NCBI RefSeq assembly: GCF_009914755.1 | Contig: NC_060925.1 | Origin: the human T2T-CHM13v2.0 reference genome, Homo sapiens | Direction: 5' to 3' (one strand) | Length of the DNA: 64,000 bases | Shown here: one piece after another, positions 11,140 to 24,499 of the stretch | Position numbering within the stretch: position 1 is the first letter of the stretch | Layout of the letters: each line of letters begins with the position of its first letter | Notes under the pieces: model-generated | Told to the model about the DNA's origin: nothing | What the model saw: the letters and a program-made list of their open reading frames with translations, nothing else | Databases searched by the model: none | Translations under genes and position numbers: made by a program

Positions 11140-13989
11140 GTAAGAAGAGTGCAGGTGGAAAGATACCTATGGTAGGGCACCAGAGGGCTGAGAGGAAGCT
11201 CTGGGGAGGTCCTGGGGGAAGGGAGCAGTACTCTTCTAGGATGCCCTTGGAATATGCCTTTCAGGCTAGTTCCAGGCAGAGAATTCTTGCTCTCAGTCTC
11301 AGTTTTTGTCTCTGATTTTGGAGAAAGGAAGCTGGCCCCACAGGAAAAGGGTATTGGAGTATGTACAAGCTACCTAACTGTCTCTCATCTCTGGGTTCCT
11401 TTTTTCCCTTTGGCATCACTTTTCCCATCCCTTTACATTCTCTCTACTTGTCATTTCCCTCTCTCTCAGCTCCCCAGGCTCTACAATCCTATCATCTAGC
11501 AGCAGAGGAGCAGCTGTCCTTCCGCATGCTCCAAACTTCCTCCTTTGCCAACCACAGCTGGGCACACAGTGAGGGCTCAGGATGGCTGGGTGACCTGCAG
11601 ACTCATGGCTGGGACACTGTCTTGGGCACCATCCGCTTTCTGAAGCCCTGGTCCCATGGAAACTTCAGCAAGCAGGAGCTGAAAAACTTACAGTCACTGT
11701 TCCAGTTATACTTCCATAGTTTTATCCAGATAGTGCAAGCTTCTGCTGGTCAATTTCAGCTTGAATGTAAGTTCGTTGCTCTAAGCTGATAATTTGCCTG
11801 GGAACACCAACTATTTTCCAAAGTGGAAGATAGTATATAGACTCTGACCATCATTTAACCTTACTAACCTTGTTCCCCACTCTCTGACTCCCACTCCCTC
11901 CTCTGCTTCACCCTTCACCACCACCCACACTCCACCATATACACAAAAGGGCCTGCATGTACATATCTCAACATGAATATAGCTTCATGTCTGGCTCTTT
12001 GGAATGATTGTCTCCTCTGGATCTTCTGCCCCTCATTCCTGCCCTCAGACTCAGCCTTTCTCAACCCTCTTTCTGCCCTTCTTTATCCTTTGCCTGAGTG
12101 TTGACATGGACTGGCCTGTACCTAACCACTTTCACGTGAATTATTTATGACCAATCTCCTATCTTCCTGATAGCCTTCCCATCTACCACTTTCCCATTAG
12201 TTATTTCAAAGTATCTTTATTATCTTCAAATTTTCTTCCCACAAATTTTCTTCCCCTTTGCCAGTAAACTCTAGTCTCCATATGATTTCCCAGCAAATTT
12301 TTCTTCCCTTGAATCTCTTTACTGTCTAAATTGTTTGTTTTTCTTCCTTGTCATTCTTTCCATAATGATCTCTCTTCCCTGTCCACTCTCAGACCCCTTC
12401 GAGATCCAGATATTAGCTGGCTGTAGAATGAATGCCCCACAAATCTTCTTAAATATGGCATATCAAGGGTCAGATTTCCTGAGTTTCCAAGGAATTTCCT
12501 GGGAGCCATCTCCAGGAGCAGGGATCCGGGCCCAGAACATCTGTAAAGTGCTCAATCGCTACCTAGATATTAAGGAAATACTGCAAAGCCTTCTTGGTCA
12601 CACCTGCCCTCGATTTCTAGCGGGGCTCATGGAAGCAGGGGAGTCAGAACTGAAACGGAAAGGTGAGCCCAACTCTCTCTCTCCCCTCTTGTTCCTAGTA
12701 CTATAACTCTCATATTTGAATTTGCCTCTCATCATCATTTTGAAAGACATAGTGAGAGACTAGAGAATGAGATGTGTGGGTTCAGGACTGTTTCTTAGAC
12801 AAGAGAAAGAAGTGATTACTAAATCACTCTTAGTATTATTACAAAGGCACCTGAGTCTCTGAGCTCTGGCCTGGGGTGCCCTTCAAAATTCCATTTTTTT
12901 TCTATCTTCTTCTTCCTAGTGAAGCCAGAGGCCTGGCTGTCCTGTGGCCCCAGTCCTGGCCCTGGCCGTCTGCAGCTTGTGTGCCATGTCTCAGGATTCT
13001 ACCCAAAGCCCGTGTGGGTGATGTGGATGCGGGGTGAGCAGGAGCAGCGGGGCACTCAGCGAGGGGACGTCCTGCCTAATGCTGACGAGACATGGTATCT
13101 CCGAGCAACCCTGGATGTGGCGGCTGGGGAGGCAGCTGGCCTGTCCTGTCGGGTGAAACACAGCAGTCTAGGGGGCCATGATCTAATCATCCATTGGGGT
13201 GAGAAACAGCTGAGGCTCTGCTGGGAAATAATGAAAATAGCCCTGGGGCTTTTGAGTGTGGGGCTGAGGAAATGGGTAGGAATGCTAGGTACAAGAAGGG
13301 TAAAACTGGGACAATCAAAATAAAGAAGGATAGAGTATGACAGTAGTTAAATTTTAAGAAAATGGAAGTAGAGAATTAGACATACTAACAGAAAAAGGAG
13401 GAGGAACTAGTGATTTAGTGGGAGAGGGTTGGGAGGAGATCACAGACAAAGGATCAGGAGGAATTGAAATGAGGGCTTTGGAAAACCCAGATGAAAATTC
13501 TAGGAAGGTCCCACCCTTGTGAAATGGGAAATCTCAGCTTGGTGGAATAGAGTATTTTAGGGTTGGTATTCTTATTCTATCCCCAACCAGGTGGATATTC
13601 CATCTTTCTCATCCTGATCTGTTTGACTGTGATAGTTACCCTGGTCATATTGGTTGTAGTTGACTCACGGTTAAAAAAACAGAGGTGAGCTTTTTCTTGT
13701 TCTTTGTTTCTTCAGCCTGTAATCAATTCATTCCTTTTTCCTCTATCTTCTTTTTTTTTTTCTCTGCCTTTCCCCTTTATTTCCTTTCTTTGAGATTAAT
13801 ATCCTCCTCTTTTCCCACAGTTCAAATAAGAACATTCTTTCTCCCCACACACCCAGCCCTGTCTTTCTCATGGGAGCCAACACTCAGGACACCAAGAATT
13901 CAAGACATCAGTTCTGCTTGGCACAAGTATCGTGGATCAAAAACAGAGTATTGAAGAAGTGGAAGACACGCCTAAACCAACTCTGGTGA
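11082..13989 (+). CDS. CD1E: T-cell surface glycoprotein CD1e; join(11082..11139,11470..11766,12393..12662,12920..13198,13591..13684,13821..13989), 388 aa
   Basis: Exons of 58+297+270+279+94+169 = 1167 nt splice in frame with GT-AG ends. Protein [50 protein letters not shown]...KTRLNQLW* is recognised as human CD1e (leader, propeptide, alpha1-3, TM, long Lys-rich tail). Confidence 0.98.
11470..11766 (+). CDS. CD1E: CD1E exon 2 (propeptide + alpha1)
   Basis: Pyrimidine tract and ctctcag| acceptor; [26 protein letters not shown]...GQFQLE; donor T|gtaagt. Confidence 0.97.
12393..12662 (+). CDS. CD1E: CD1E exon 3 (alpha2)
   Basis: ctctcag| acceptor; [11 protein letters not shown]...[20 protein letters not shown]; donor G|gtgagc. 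Confidence 0.97.
12920..13198 (+). CDS. CD1E: CD1E exon 4 (alpha3, Ig C1 domain)
   Basis: ttcctag| acceptor; VKPEAWLS...[17 protein letters not shown]...[10 protein letters not shown]...IIHW; donor G|gtgaga. Confidence 0.98.
13591..13684 (+). CDS. CD1E: CD1E exon 5 (transmembrane)
   Basis: ccaaccag| acceptor; [30 protein letters not shown]; donor AG|gtgagc. Confidence 0.95.
13821..13989 (+). CDS. CD1E: CD1E exon 6 coding part (cytoplasmic tail)
   Basis: tttcccacag| acceptor; [55 protein letters not shown]; TGA at 13987-13989. Confidence 0.95.
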
Positions 13990-14412
13990 CATTTGCTTTA
14001 CCTTATACATAAAATCCTTGTCTGCATCTTCTTAAACACCGTCCATGTCCCATAAGGGAAGCATGCTTTTATTTAAACAGTTTATACTAGCAAAGATACT
14101 GACCCCTTTAGGAATACTTTTTCCCCATCTTCCAGAGATTTTTTTTTTCCTGCTTTGGCTACATATCCATCATTGTTTATTTTTGAAACTATAATCCAGA
14201 TACTTCTTTTTCATGGATTCCCGAGATCACCCAATTGATAGCTCTTCTGTACTCCCCAAATTGAACTGATCTTCACAAGCACATTCATCTCTTCCTACTC
14301 TGAACAGTAGTTATTTAGGTTTTTGCTCTTTTTTTTTTTTTAATCTCAGTTGCTTGAAAGTAGGATTTAGGTATTTGTGTCTGTATTCATGACCAAAAAT
14401 CTTATCTGAATT

Positions 14413-14589
14413 CAGGGCCAGCTTCATAAGCATGTGACCTGTGCAGACACATGGAATCGTATGCTCTGCAAGAACCCATGCTAGATTTAATGCTCTGCTG
14501 TTGTCATCTTGGAATCCTTAGTCATTTTCAAACAAGAGATATTGTATTTTCATTTTTCACTGACCCCACAAATTATATAGCTGATTCAG
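14413..14589 (+). mobile_element. MER45A-like hAT-Tip100 MITE in the CD1E 3' UTR
   Basis: cagggccagcttcat...tttaatgctctgctgttgtcatcttg...ttttcatttttcactgaccccacaaattatatagc matches recalled MER45A. Confidence 0.7.
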
Positions 14590-14608
14590 TGTGAATGTAA
14601 TATTTCTC

Positions 14609-14630
14609 AATAAATGCTGACTGAAATAAA
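14609..14630 (+). terminator. Tandem AATAAA polyadenylation signals of CD1E
   Basis: AATAAA at 14609-14614 and 14625-14630, followed by GT-rich tttgttgtt. Confidence 0.75.
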
Positions 14631-15255
14631 TTTGTTGTTAGATCAAGTGATGTTGTTTTACTCCATTCCCTCTCTGATATCTCTGCGTCATTTGACTGTG
14701 CTCTTGCTAAAACTCTTCCTCTCTCCCTTTGTCTCTCACCAGAGGTGAAGGAGGCAGATGAATGCCTCAGACTCCACAGTGATTGGAATGTTAATGAATC
14801 TTCAGGGATATTTAGGAAAATAATAACATAAGGGCTATCTCCTGTCAAAGTGAGGAGAGGTTTGAACTGGCATTCCTACTTCCCTGAGCCATGTGTATCT
14901 ATGTGTGTCTTTGTGGATGTGCATATTCATGGGAGAAATTCATATTTTGAGCAATTAGAAGGAGGACATAGGGTTTGAGCCAGAGCTAAGGCAATGAAGC
15001 AAAAGAGTGATTGGATGCCAGTTAAGCTACATGCTTGTTTTTATTTATTAGTGTGGCTTATTATTGTTATTATTATTTACAGTTTGTTTTTCTTTAGTTT
15101 TTATATGGATTCTTACATTTACATAATTTACTTCATTTGAGATACATTTGGTTGAGCCTACTGGAGAGCAGGAATCTGGTAGAAGTGCAGTGTTTATATA
15201 CATGTCCAGTCAACCCCTCCCTTGGATGGAATAATTGAGCAGATTGTGCATATTT

Positions 15256-15552
15256 CTTTTCTTTTTTTTTGAGATGGAGTCTCGATCTGTTGGCCAGGCT
15301 GGAGTGCAGTGGCTGGTGTCAGATCACTGCAAGCTCCACCTCCGGGGTTCATGCCGTTCTCCTGCCTCAGCCTCCCCAGTAGCTGGGACTACAGGCGCCT
15401 GTCACCACTCCCGGCTATTTTTTTTTTAATTTTTAGTAGAGACGGGGTTTCGCCATGTTAGCCAGGATGGTCTTGATCTCCTGACCTCGTGATCCACCCC
15501 CCTTGGCCTCCCAAAGTGCTGGGATTACAGGCGTGAGCCACCGCACCCAGCC
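15256..15552 (-). mobile_element. Alu (AluY-like)
   Basis: Antisense dimer; imperfect TSD ttgtgca(t/g)attt. Confidence 0.92.
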
Positions 15553-17199
15553 GGTTGTGCAGATTTTTTAGTGGAAGTTATAAACTTCATGCTGGGCATT
15601 TTCAAGTAATCAGCAAGGGTCCCATGATCACACATCCAGGCTGCACTCTTACTCATGAACAAGGTATGAGGCCAGCCTTTTCACTGTTGAGAGTCCATCA
15701 CCTTCCATATGGCACATCCAATCAGTCTATCTAGAGTCAGGCCACTAGAATCGGGAGAGGAAGGTAGAATCTTAAAGGGTTGTTTGGAGCAACAAATGAT
15801 GAAAGGGGTCAGGGTTCCATCACGTGGTATAACTCTACAGGGGAGGACCTCTATTAGAATGAAGAGGTTCAAGTAGGAACCTTTCCGTTTTTGGCACAAG
15901 GTGTGCGAAAGGCACAAGCTATACCTCTGGAGACAATAGATCTGGGCTGCCTGCACATATACATCCTTCTTCCCCATAAAATGACATAGAAGGATTAAAA
16001 AAAGAGCCAGAGGACAAATAATCATGTTATAAGAAGTATCAGCTCAACAGGACTTGAGGAAGTTTAAATATCAGTCCATAATAGTGTCAGAAAAGCTCTA
16101 GGTCTTCCCTGTACTGTGGTAAACCTTTGGGCTGGGTATTTTCATTATAACTCCTGGATGATGGTGTACTTAGGAGCAAAATATGTTGCTAAATTGCCCC
16201 CAAGACAGAGATGTTACCTAATACTATTAACAACTTCATTCTGGCTGAAACTCTGGGACATGGGACTTATTCTAGAAGACCAGTGTAGTTTTTTTCAATA
16301 GCTAAGTATACCAATTTCCATTCCCACCAGGTATAAAACAAAGAAGGTAATCTGCTTTACTGACAGTACACATCTGGAGCTTTCTGCATTCTGTTGTAAA
16401 TACAAATACAGTAAGAATGAAAGTAGGTAGTTTTGGAAAAAGAGATGGAGGGGGTATTCTTGATGATTGCTAAATTTCTCTAGAAATAGCATTCATTGTT
16501 TGAGGGAGAATGCATTGGGACTGGTGGAATCAGAATATGCTGGGGCCAAAGCTCAGAAGAGTGCAGTAGCCACATGCCCCGGATAAACCATGACCTAACC
16601 TGTCTGCTATCTTCTATCTAATGAATGAGATAAGCTGAGGATATGGGAGACTTGATAAGTGGAGCAACATAAACTGAAACAGGGGTCCAGGCCTCCAAGT
16701 GTATCACCTACAAACAAAGAAAGATGCAGCACCTGCTCTGGAGCTTGTGTTCAGATGAGTAGGTATAGTTAAGGGCACATGACTCCTTCTTCAGGTTATG
16801 CATAGAAGGTACCTATAGATTTTTGAAACTTAGACTTTACTCTTAAGGAATTAGAACTAGTTCATAATCTTTCCTCATTAACCATTTTCTCACTCTCACT
16901 TCCTTATGTAAATGGTTCCATTATCTTACTAGTTTCTCAAGATCCAAACTTTCTTCTGTTTGCTTCATTATTCTTCCTGAATAGCAAGTTACCAAAGCCT
17001 TCTTTATAAGTTTTCTTATGTTCCATTCCCTCTTCCTTGATCCTGCCCCACGTGTGAACACCACTGCCAAAAATGTAATGCAAATTACTAAACCCATTAT
17101 CAACAACGCCATAATGATCACTTATTGAGCATGAGATCTTATTACAGCAAATAAGAGAAGTATTTGTTTTATAGTTAAAGCTGATTGAATAATAAAAAT

Positions 17200-17390
17200 C
17201 ATTTGAATGGGGCCTGCTGTAGGCCAGGCACTCTTCTCCATACTTTATACATATTAACTCATGCAATCTTCTTATCAATCCTGAGCATATAATATTATTC
17301 CCATTTTATATATGAGGAGACAAAAGTCACATAATTAGTAAGTATGTAGGCAATTTTGCTCCAAAATTCCTGCTTTAACTACTATACTGC
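17200..17390 (-). mobile_element. MIR
   Basis: attaactcatgcaatctt...attattcccattttatatatgagga core. Confidence 0.65.
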
Positions 17391-17913
17391 ACATTCACTA
17401 AATAACTATTGGAAGCTTGTTATGTGATAAATGCTATTATGGTAATGAAATGCATTAAAGACACAAGAATGAATTACCCTGTCTTCACAGAACTTACGTT
17501 GGCAGTGGGGGAGCTGGAAAGACAGACAATAAGTAAACAAAGATGTTGTATTAAGGTGATGACATATTAAGATTGATAACTGAATCAGGGGAAAGGAATC
17601 AGAGAGAAATTATTTATTATTTCAAAATTTGTGGACAGAATGGGCCACTCCGAGAATATGGCCTTTGAGAAGGGAACGAAAGCAAGAACAAACACAAGTC
17701 ATGCAGTATCTGGGGTAAGAACATTTCCGGCAAAGGAACTACAAAGAAAAGCAGCATTGTAATGGCTGTTTTCTAAAACCTGTGAGAATTCCAGTTTAGA
17801 TGGATTGGAGTAAGTGATAGGGAACATAGGAAATGAGGCCAGTGAGTTCAAGTCAGATCACAAAGGGGACTTATAGGCTATTGTACAGTGATTAAAAGCC
17901 ATTGCAGGGTTTT
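17391..17913 (-). mobile_element. L2 3' fragment
   Basis: ccctgtcttcacagaacttac...gacagacaataagtaaacaa...aagccattgcagggtttt. Confidence 0.6.
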
Positions 17914-18078
17914 GTTGTTGTTGTTGTTCACAGTAATATACTTTACTCAATTGTTATAAGCTGTAAATAGCTTAAAAGTTTCCTTGACTCTGAAAAACAA
18001 AACAAAGGATTAGTAGTGTTTTAAGCAAAGTTAAAAAGATTGCTTCAGTTTTTTTTTTATAGAACATCTTTCTTTAAA

Positions 18079-19247
<1,169 letters not shown>

Positions 19248-19296
19248 AGGTTTTAAATAAATGTATAATGGTTGTTAGGTAAAAGGAGATGAGTTC

Positions 19297-19662
19297 CAAG
19301 AAGCAGAGAGTAGAATAGTGGTTGTCAGGGCCTAAGGGGAGGAGTCAATGGAGAGATTGTGGTCAATGGGCACAAAGTATGTAAGATAAATAAGTTCTGG
19401 AGATCTACTATGCAGCACAATACCTATGGCTAACAATGCTGTGTTGCATTCTTAACATTTGCTAAGAGAGATCTTGTGTTAAGTGTTCTTACAACATACA
19501 CAAAACATTACTATTACTAATAAAGGGGGCGCGAAGAGACTTAGGGCTTTGATAGTGGTGATGTTATTATGGGTGTATACTTACCTTTATACTCATTGAG
19601 TTATATACATTAAATATTAACAGCTTTTTACATGTCAATTCTACCTTAATACTGTGGTTAAC
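19297..19662 (+). mobile_element. L1MA/MB 3' UTR fragment
   Basis: gaagcagagagtagaatagtggttg...aataagttctggagatctact; 16-bp flanking repeat aaaaggagatgagttc at 19281-19296 and 19663-19678. Confidence 0.8.
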
Positions 19663-22600
19663 AAAAGGAGATGAGTTCTTAAACACAAGTGTCACCTGGG
19701 TTTGCCATCTGTGACTACAAAATGGGACATGATCATATCTACACTCAAATTACAGTGATCCCAATCTGCTTATCTTCACGAGTACAAACTTGTCCCCACT
19801 AAAAGTATGCCTCACCTGTGCTTACAACCCAGTCTTTCTGAATCAATTACCAAGTAACACCTGCTTTGTTTATTCCTCTCCAGTTCATGCTTCCCTTTGC
19901 CAGCTGTCTGCTGTTCTCAGGGTTGCTTGGAACAGCTTCATAACTGCTGGTGCCCATGGCAAGAAGATGATATTGATTCCAAGGTAGCTACCACCTATTT
20001 CTCCAAAGCTTCTGTCCAGTCCTCAGATGGCTTTATGTAGGGATGCTCCATACAGAGACACGGGGTAAGGGCTATGCTTCCTTTCTTTGACTCCTTTGAT
20101 ACCCAGTTCTGGAAGTTGCTTGGCTTGTGTTGTCTTCTTAAAGCCTCTATGTACAATAACATCAGATTCTGACTCTCATCCAACTCTTGGGTTTCAGTGA
20201 AGAATCTCTTAGCAACTTTCCCTTCAGTTTTGGTTGACTGGCCAAATCAGCTAGTTGAGTCATAGCAGTAATTACACAGGTTGCAAAGGATTAACATAAA
20301 CTCAATTTGTTAAAATACCTAAAAAATATTCTCAATTTCTGTCACTCTTAATGTAAGTGCCTTGCTTACCACTGTATATCATATGTATGCACCCCAGTGC
20401 CCAGATTATACATTTAAAGAAAAGAGAAATTCCATCAAGGGAGGTAGTGGGTTCCATTTCTTGTATCAAGAAAAAATTTAGATTACAAACATTCTTCAAA
20501 TAAAGAACAATCATTCTAAAATACGAAATAAAAATATTGAGTTTCCAAGCAAATTTGTTTGAATGTTATAGTATGTTTAATTTTTATCATTTTAATAAAT
20601 AGTAGTGTTTTTTATATATAGATGCCATTCTATTGATTATGGGTTATTTATATGCATATTTGTTTGCATAAGCAGGCAAGACTAAAGAGAGGAAATAATA
20701 AGCACAGTAATCATAAAAATGTATATATTGAAACCAATACAAGGAGATTGTTTACCAGCAATAATTATCTATATAATTATCAAGTGAAAAAGTGGTCCTA
20801 CAATTAATCATAGATGGTCATTGTTGAACAGAACACTATGCACCAGTTACCATTGTTGGAGGAGGACTCCAACTACATGGAGAGTAGCAAAGATCATCAC
20901 CATGCCAACCACCAGGAATAGAAGTCCAAACACTTCTGCTCAATGCATCTTGATATCAGAGTTTCCAAGAAAAACACAACACAGTCAGGTCCTGGATAGG
21001 ACGACACTTTACTTACATAGAGAAGAGATAGAGCAAAATCACTTTCAATAGTGTGTGTCAGTCCCCCTTGGCCTGTGGGTCCCTCCTGGCAGCCCACACA
21101 GTTGGCCTGCATACATCTCTCTTGTGCTGCAGCAGAAGGAACCTTTCCTTTTCCCCTTGGAGCCTGAAATAATGAAAGCTGGGAGTGTGCTACAAAATTG
21201 GGCCATTTATGCACACACTGAAGCAAAAGGAGGAGCACACGTTGAGTCTGAAATAGGGAAAGACTTTCCCACATAGGAAAATAACCCTGGCAAAAGCTGT
21301 GGGGGCTCTTTGTCTCCTGGTAAGAAAATGTTCCTGGCCTAAGGCCCATTCTTATGTGGCCAAGTCGTGGAGTTGAAAGACCACATGCATAAGACCACCT
21401 TTCCTTACAGCCCATCCCGACTCTTGTCTGGCCACTGAAACAGCAGATAAAACATATCAAATCACCCACCTTGATTTGGAGGTGTAGTTGGGTCCCATGG
21501 AGCCCCTGAACAACTTGTGCAGATGCAGTTTGCTCAAACAGCCTCTTTTATTTTGAAAGAGCACTTTACCAGAGTCAATAGGGGAACTAAAAGCAGGAGA
21601 ATGGTTCTCATCAGAAATCCCAAGTGCTTGGATTAAGGTAAACAAAGAGGTAAAAAATGAGTCTGGGTGGACTGTGGATACATAGCTGACAAGGACCTCA
21701 CTGAGTGTGGATATTCAGCTTGGTTTCTACCCTCCCTGAATTAATGATATACACATAGCAAGTGGTGTTGGCCATAACACAACTAACACCCTGTTCTGCC
21801 AGCAGATAACTGAGGGCTATTCAGTTATCCATCACCCCCTTGGCTAGTGAATTTAGTGGCTCTTTTTCTTAGGTGGCTCAGGCAGTAATGTTAACTAACT
21901 CCACTACCGTCAATGGCAAATTGTGTATTGTTTTTCCAGGATATGTATGCCTATGTTGGATTTGAGGACACAGACAGTAGAATAGAGCCAGCTGTCAGTT
22001 TGTTCACCTGGCAGGGTGTCTCAGGCAACCCTGTGATGTGTCAGAAATGTGGATACTTCCAATTTAGTGTCATTTTGAAAAAGCATGTGAGACCCTCACA
22101 TTCCCAAGCAGCATGCCCATGTGAGGGTGACAGGCACTCGGAAGTCTAGTATGCCCCACAGAGGAACATATAATCCAGGGGAGCACATGTAACGCTGGTC
22201 AGGGAGCAGTTGTGTTAAGAGTCTGTAGTCCAGCTGTACAAAGCTTTGTTTGATTTAACCATGAGTTAGGTGGCAGGGTAAAGTTGTCCAATGTATGGAC
22301 CTTCCCATACTATCTGTGATGTTTAATTTGCCTTTGATTTTTTTTTTTTTTTACCTCTGATTTTATGTCTGTGGAAGAGGTAAGCTTCACTCATGGAGTA
22401 TTGGGTGCCCTGCATATTTGAACTGCACTGAGGGTGTCACTCTTTGACTGGAACCTCTGGTGACCATTAGAAATCCTATCAGGCTGCTGATGGGCCACAC
22501 ATGGACTATTTGAGGAAATTCAGAGGAAACCTTCTGAATATGTGGGTGGCAGATCCAATAGCCCTTCAAATCTCCACCTGCTGCTACTGCTGGGCTGATC

Positions 22601-23203
22601 TTCACCAATATGTTGTCAATCCAGGCACTCCAACTACATTATTATACCCATAACACACAGGGTATTATTAAGGAACAAAAGGGAGAGAGATTAGTATCCC
22701 TACTGACTACCTGCTTCTGGTACTTCCAGTGGCTGGAGGCATTCCTGTCTATTAGTTGGGGTGCTAGAAGTCTGAGTATTGCAACCCAGGCTGTCTGTCC
22801 CAGTCCTGAGGCTACTACCTCTGTGGGTACTCATTATTCTTGTTACTTGATCCAGATCTTTTGGACTTGAATATCCAGTCCAGAAAGGAAGGTCACACCC
22901 TGCACAAACTTGACGTGTCGGTTAATGTCACCTATGAGAATGGAAGAATTGGATTTCCCAGTGCCTCTAGAGTGATCTTAGCACCCTGACAGTCCCGGGT
23001 TGAATCGCCCACCCCAGTACAATCCCATAAAAAGGAGGACTCCAGGAGTAAGTATTGCCTTCAGATTAGAGTCAGAGAGGTGGTATTTAGGGTACAATGG
23101 CAACCTGAACTGCAAGCCATCTCTAAGACTTACACTCTAAGGGGAAAGAAAAAGGAAAAAAAATGGTTGGGAATACTGAGTTTGAGATTTTGAAGTCCCA
23201 GCC

Positions 23204-23570
23204 TGATACGGCTTGGCTGTGTCCCCACACAAATCTCATCTTGAATTGTAGCTCCCCTAATCCCCATATGTTGTGGGAGGGACCTGGTGGGAGGTAACTG
23301 GATCACGGGGGTGGATCTTTCCCATGCTGTTCTCATGATGGTGAATAAGTCTCATGAGATCTGATGGATGTATAAAGAGGAGTTCCCCTGCACAAGTCCT
23401 CTCTTGCCTGCCATGATGTAAGAAGTCTTTTTGCTCTTCCTTCATCTTCCACCATGATTATGAGGCCTCCCCAGCCACGTGGAACTGTGAATCCATTAAA
23501 CCTCTTTTTCTTTACAAATTACCCAGTCTCGAGTATCTCTTTATCAGCAGCATGAAAATAGACTAATACA
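23204..23570 (+). mobile_element. THE1 solo LTR (MaLR)
   Basis: tgatacggcttggctgtgtcccc...gactaataca; 5-bp TSD cagcc/cagtc. Confidence 0.9.
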
Positions 23571-24499
23571 CAGTCTAATCAAATGGCTGCCTGATCTACC
23601 GTGACATCCACCATATCAAACACCAAGCTCAGTGTTTCCCAACATGCATTGCAGTATCCTCTTCCCCCTACAATCAAGTGCAGTGTTTAGTGTCCATTCT
23701 GTCCTAGCCAGATGTGGGTACCACCCCACTAGCAAGCCTTATTTGTTGTCCTATTTTTAATTGTTACAGTCTATTTTTAATTGTTTCATTGTTTGATGAA
23801 TTGTCCTATTTTTAATTGTTTCATTGTTTGATGGTTCCATTGACTTGCAAGTAAGAGTGCACATAATAAGCCCTCTGCATTTTATGAGAGTGCATCCACT
23901 GTTGTTTTGCTTGGGCAGTGAAAGATGTTCCTTGGTCAGAGTAAAGCCTCATATATTATCTATAAACATGACACAGTTTTTTTCAAAGGGGGCTATGGTG
24001 ATTCTAGCATCCACATTTTGGGCTGTAATAGCAATACCACATCCTGAATAGGTGTCAATAGTGGCAAGGCACCACCAGTGCTTGTGGCTAGGGGCCATGG
24101 GTTTGATGTGGTCAATCTGTCAAATTCAGGCAGGTCCTAGTCTTTGGTTAATTTGTCCTTATTTTTCTCTTTGGATGATGTGGGTCCATTAGCAAGAGCC
24201 ACCATGTCCTTAATCTTGGCATTTTCTAGGATCATCTCTTGGATCTTATCCAATTTTTATATGTAAGATGAATGTCCATTTTAAGTCCATATAGGTAGTA
24301 GGCTGCCTATTGGCCACAAGCTTCATCAGCAGGAGAGTTAATTTATATTTTGTTTTAAAAGATCATTTGTTATATGAGTAGCATTTTTGTTCCTCACAGG
24401 CAGCAAGATGCTGCCATAGTTCCTGTCCACACACAGGCAATCCTTTAATAGTTCAGTCATTTAGCTGACCTTCTCCTGGTCAGGAAGCTAGGCAGTTCT

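Noticed and set aside
10801-11315. Long ORFs around CD1E exon 1
   Set aside because: Non-ATG upstream frame or intron read-through; only 11082-11139 is supported as coding.
13685-13954. 89-aa ORF over CD1E intron 5/exon 6
   Set aside because: It starts at the splice donor GTG and is out of frame with the correctly spliced CD1E tail.
19700-20240. Possible processed pseudogene in the GC-moderate stretch
   Set aside because: No recognisable protein, poly(A) tail or TSD.
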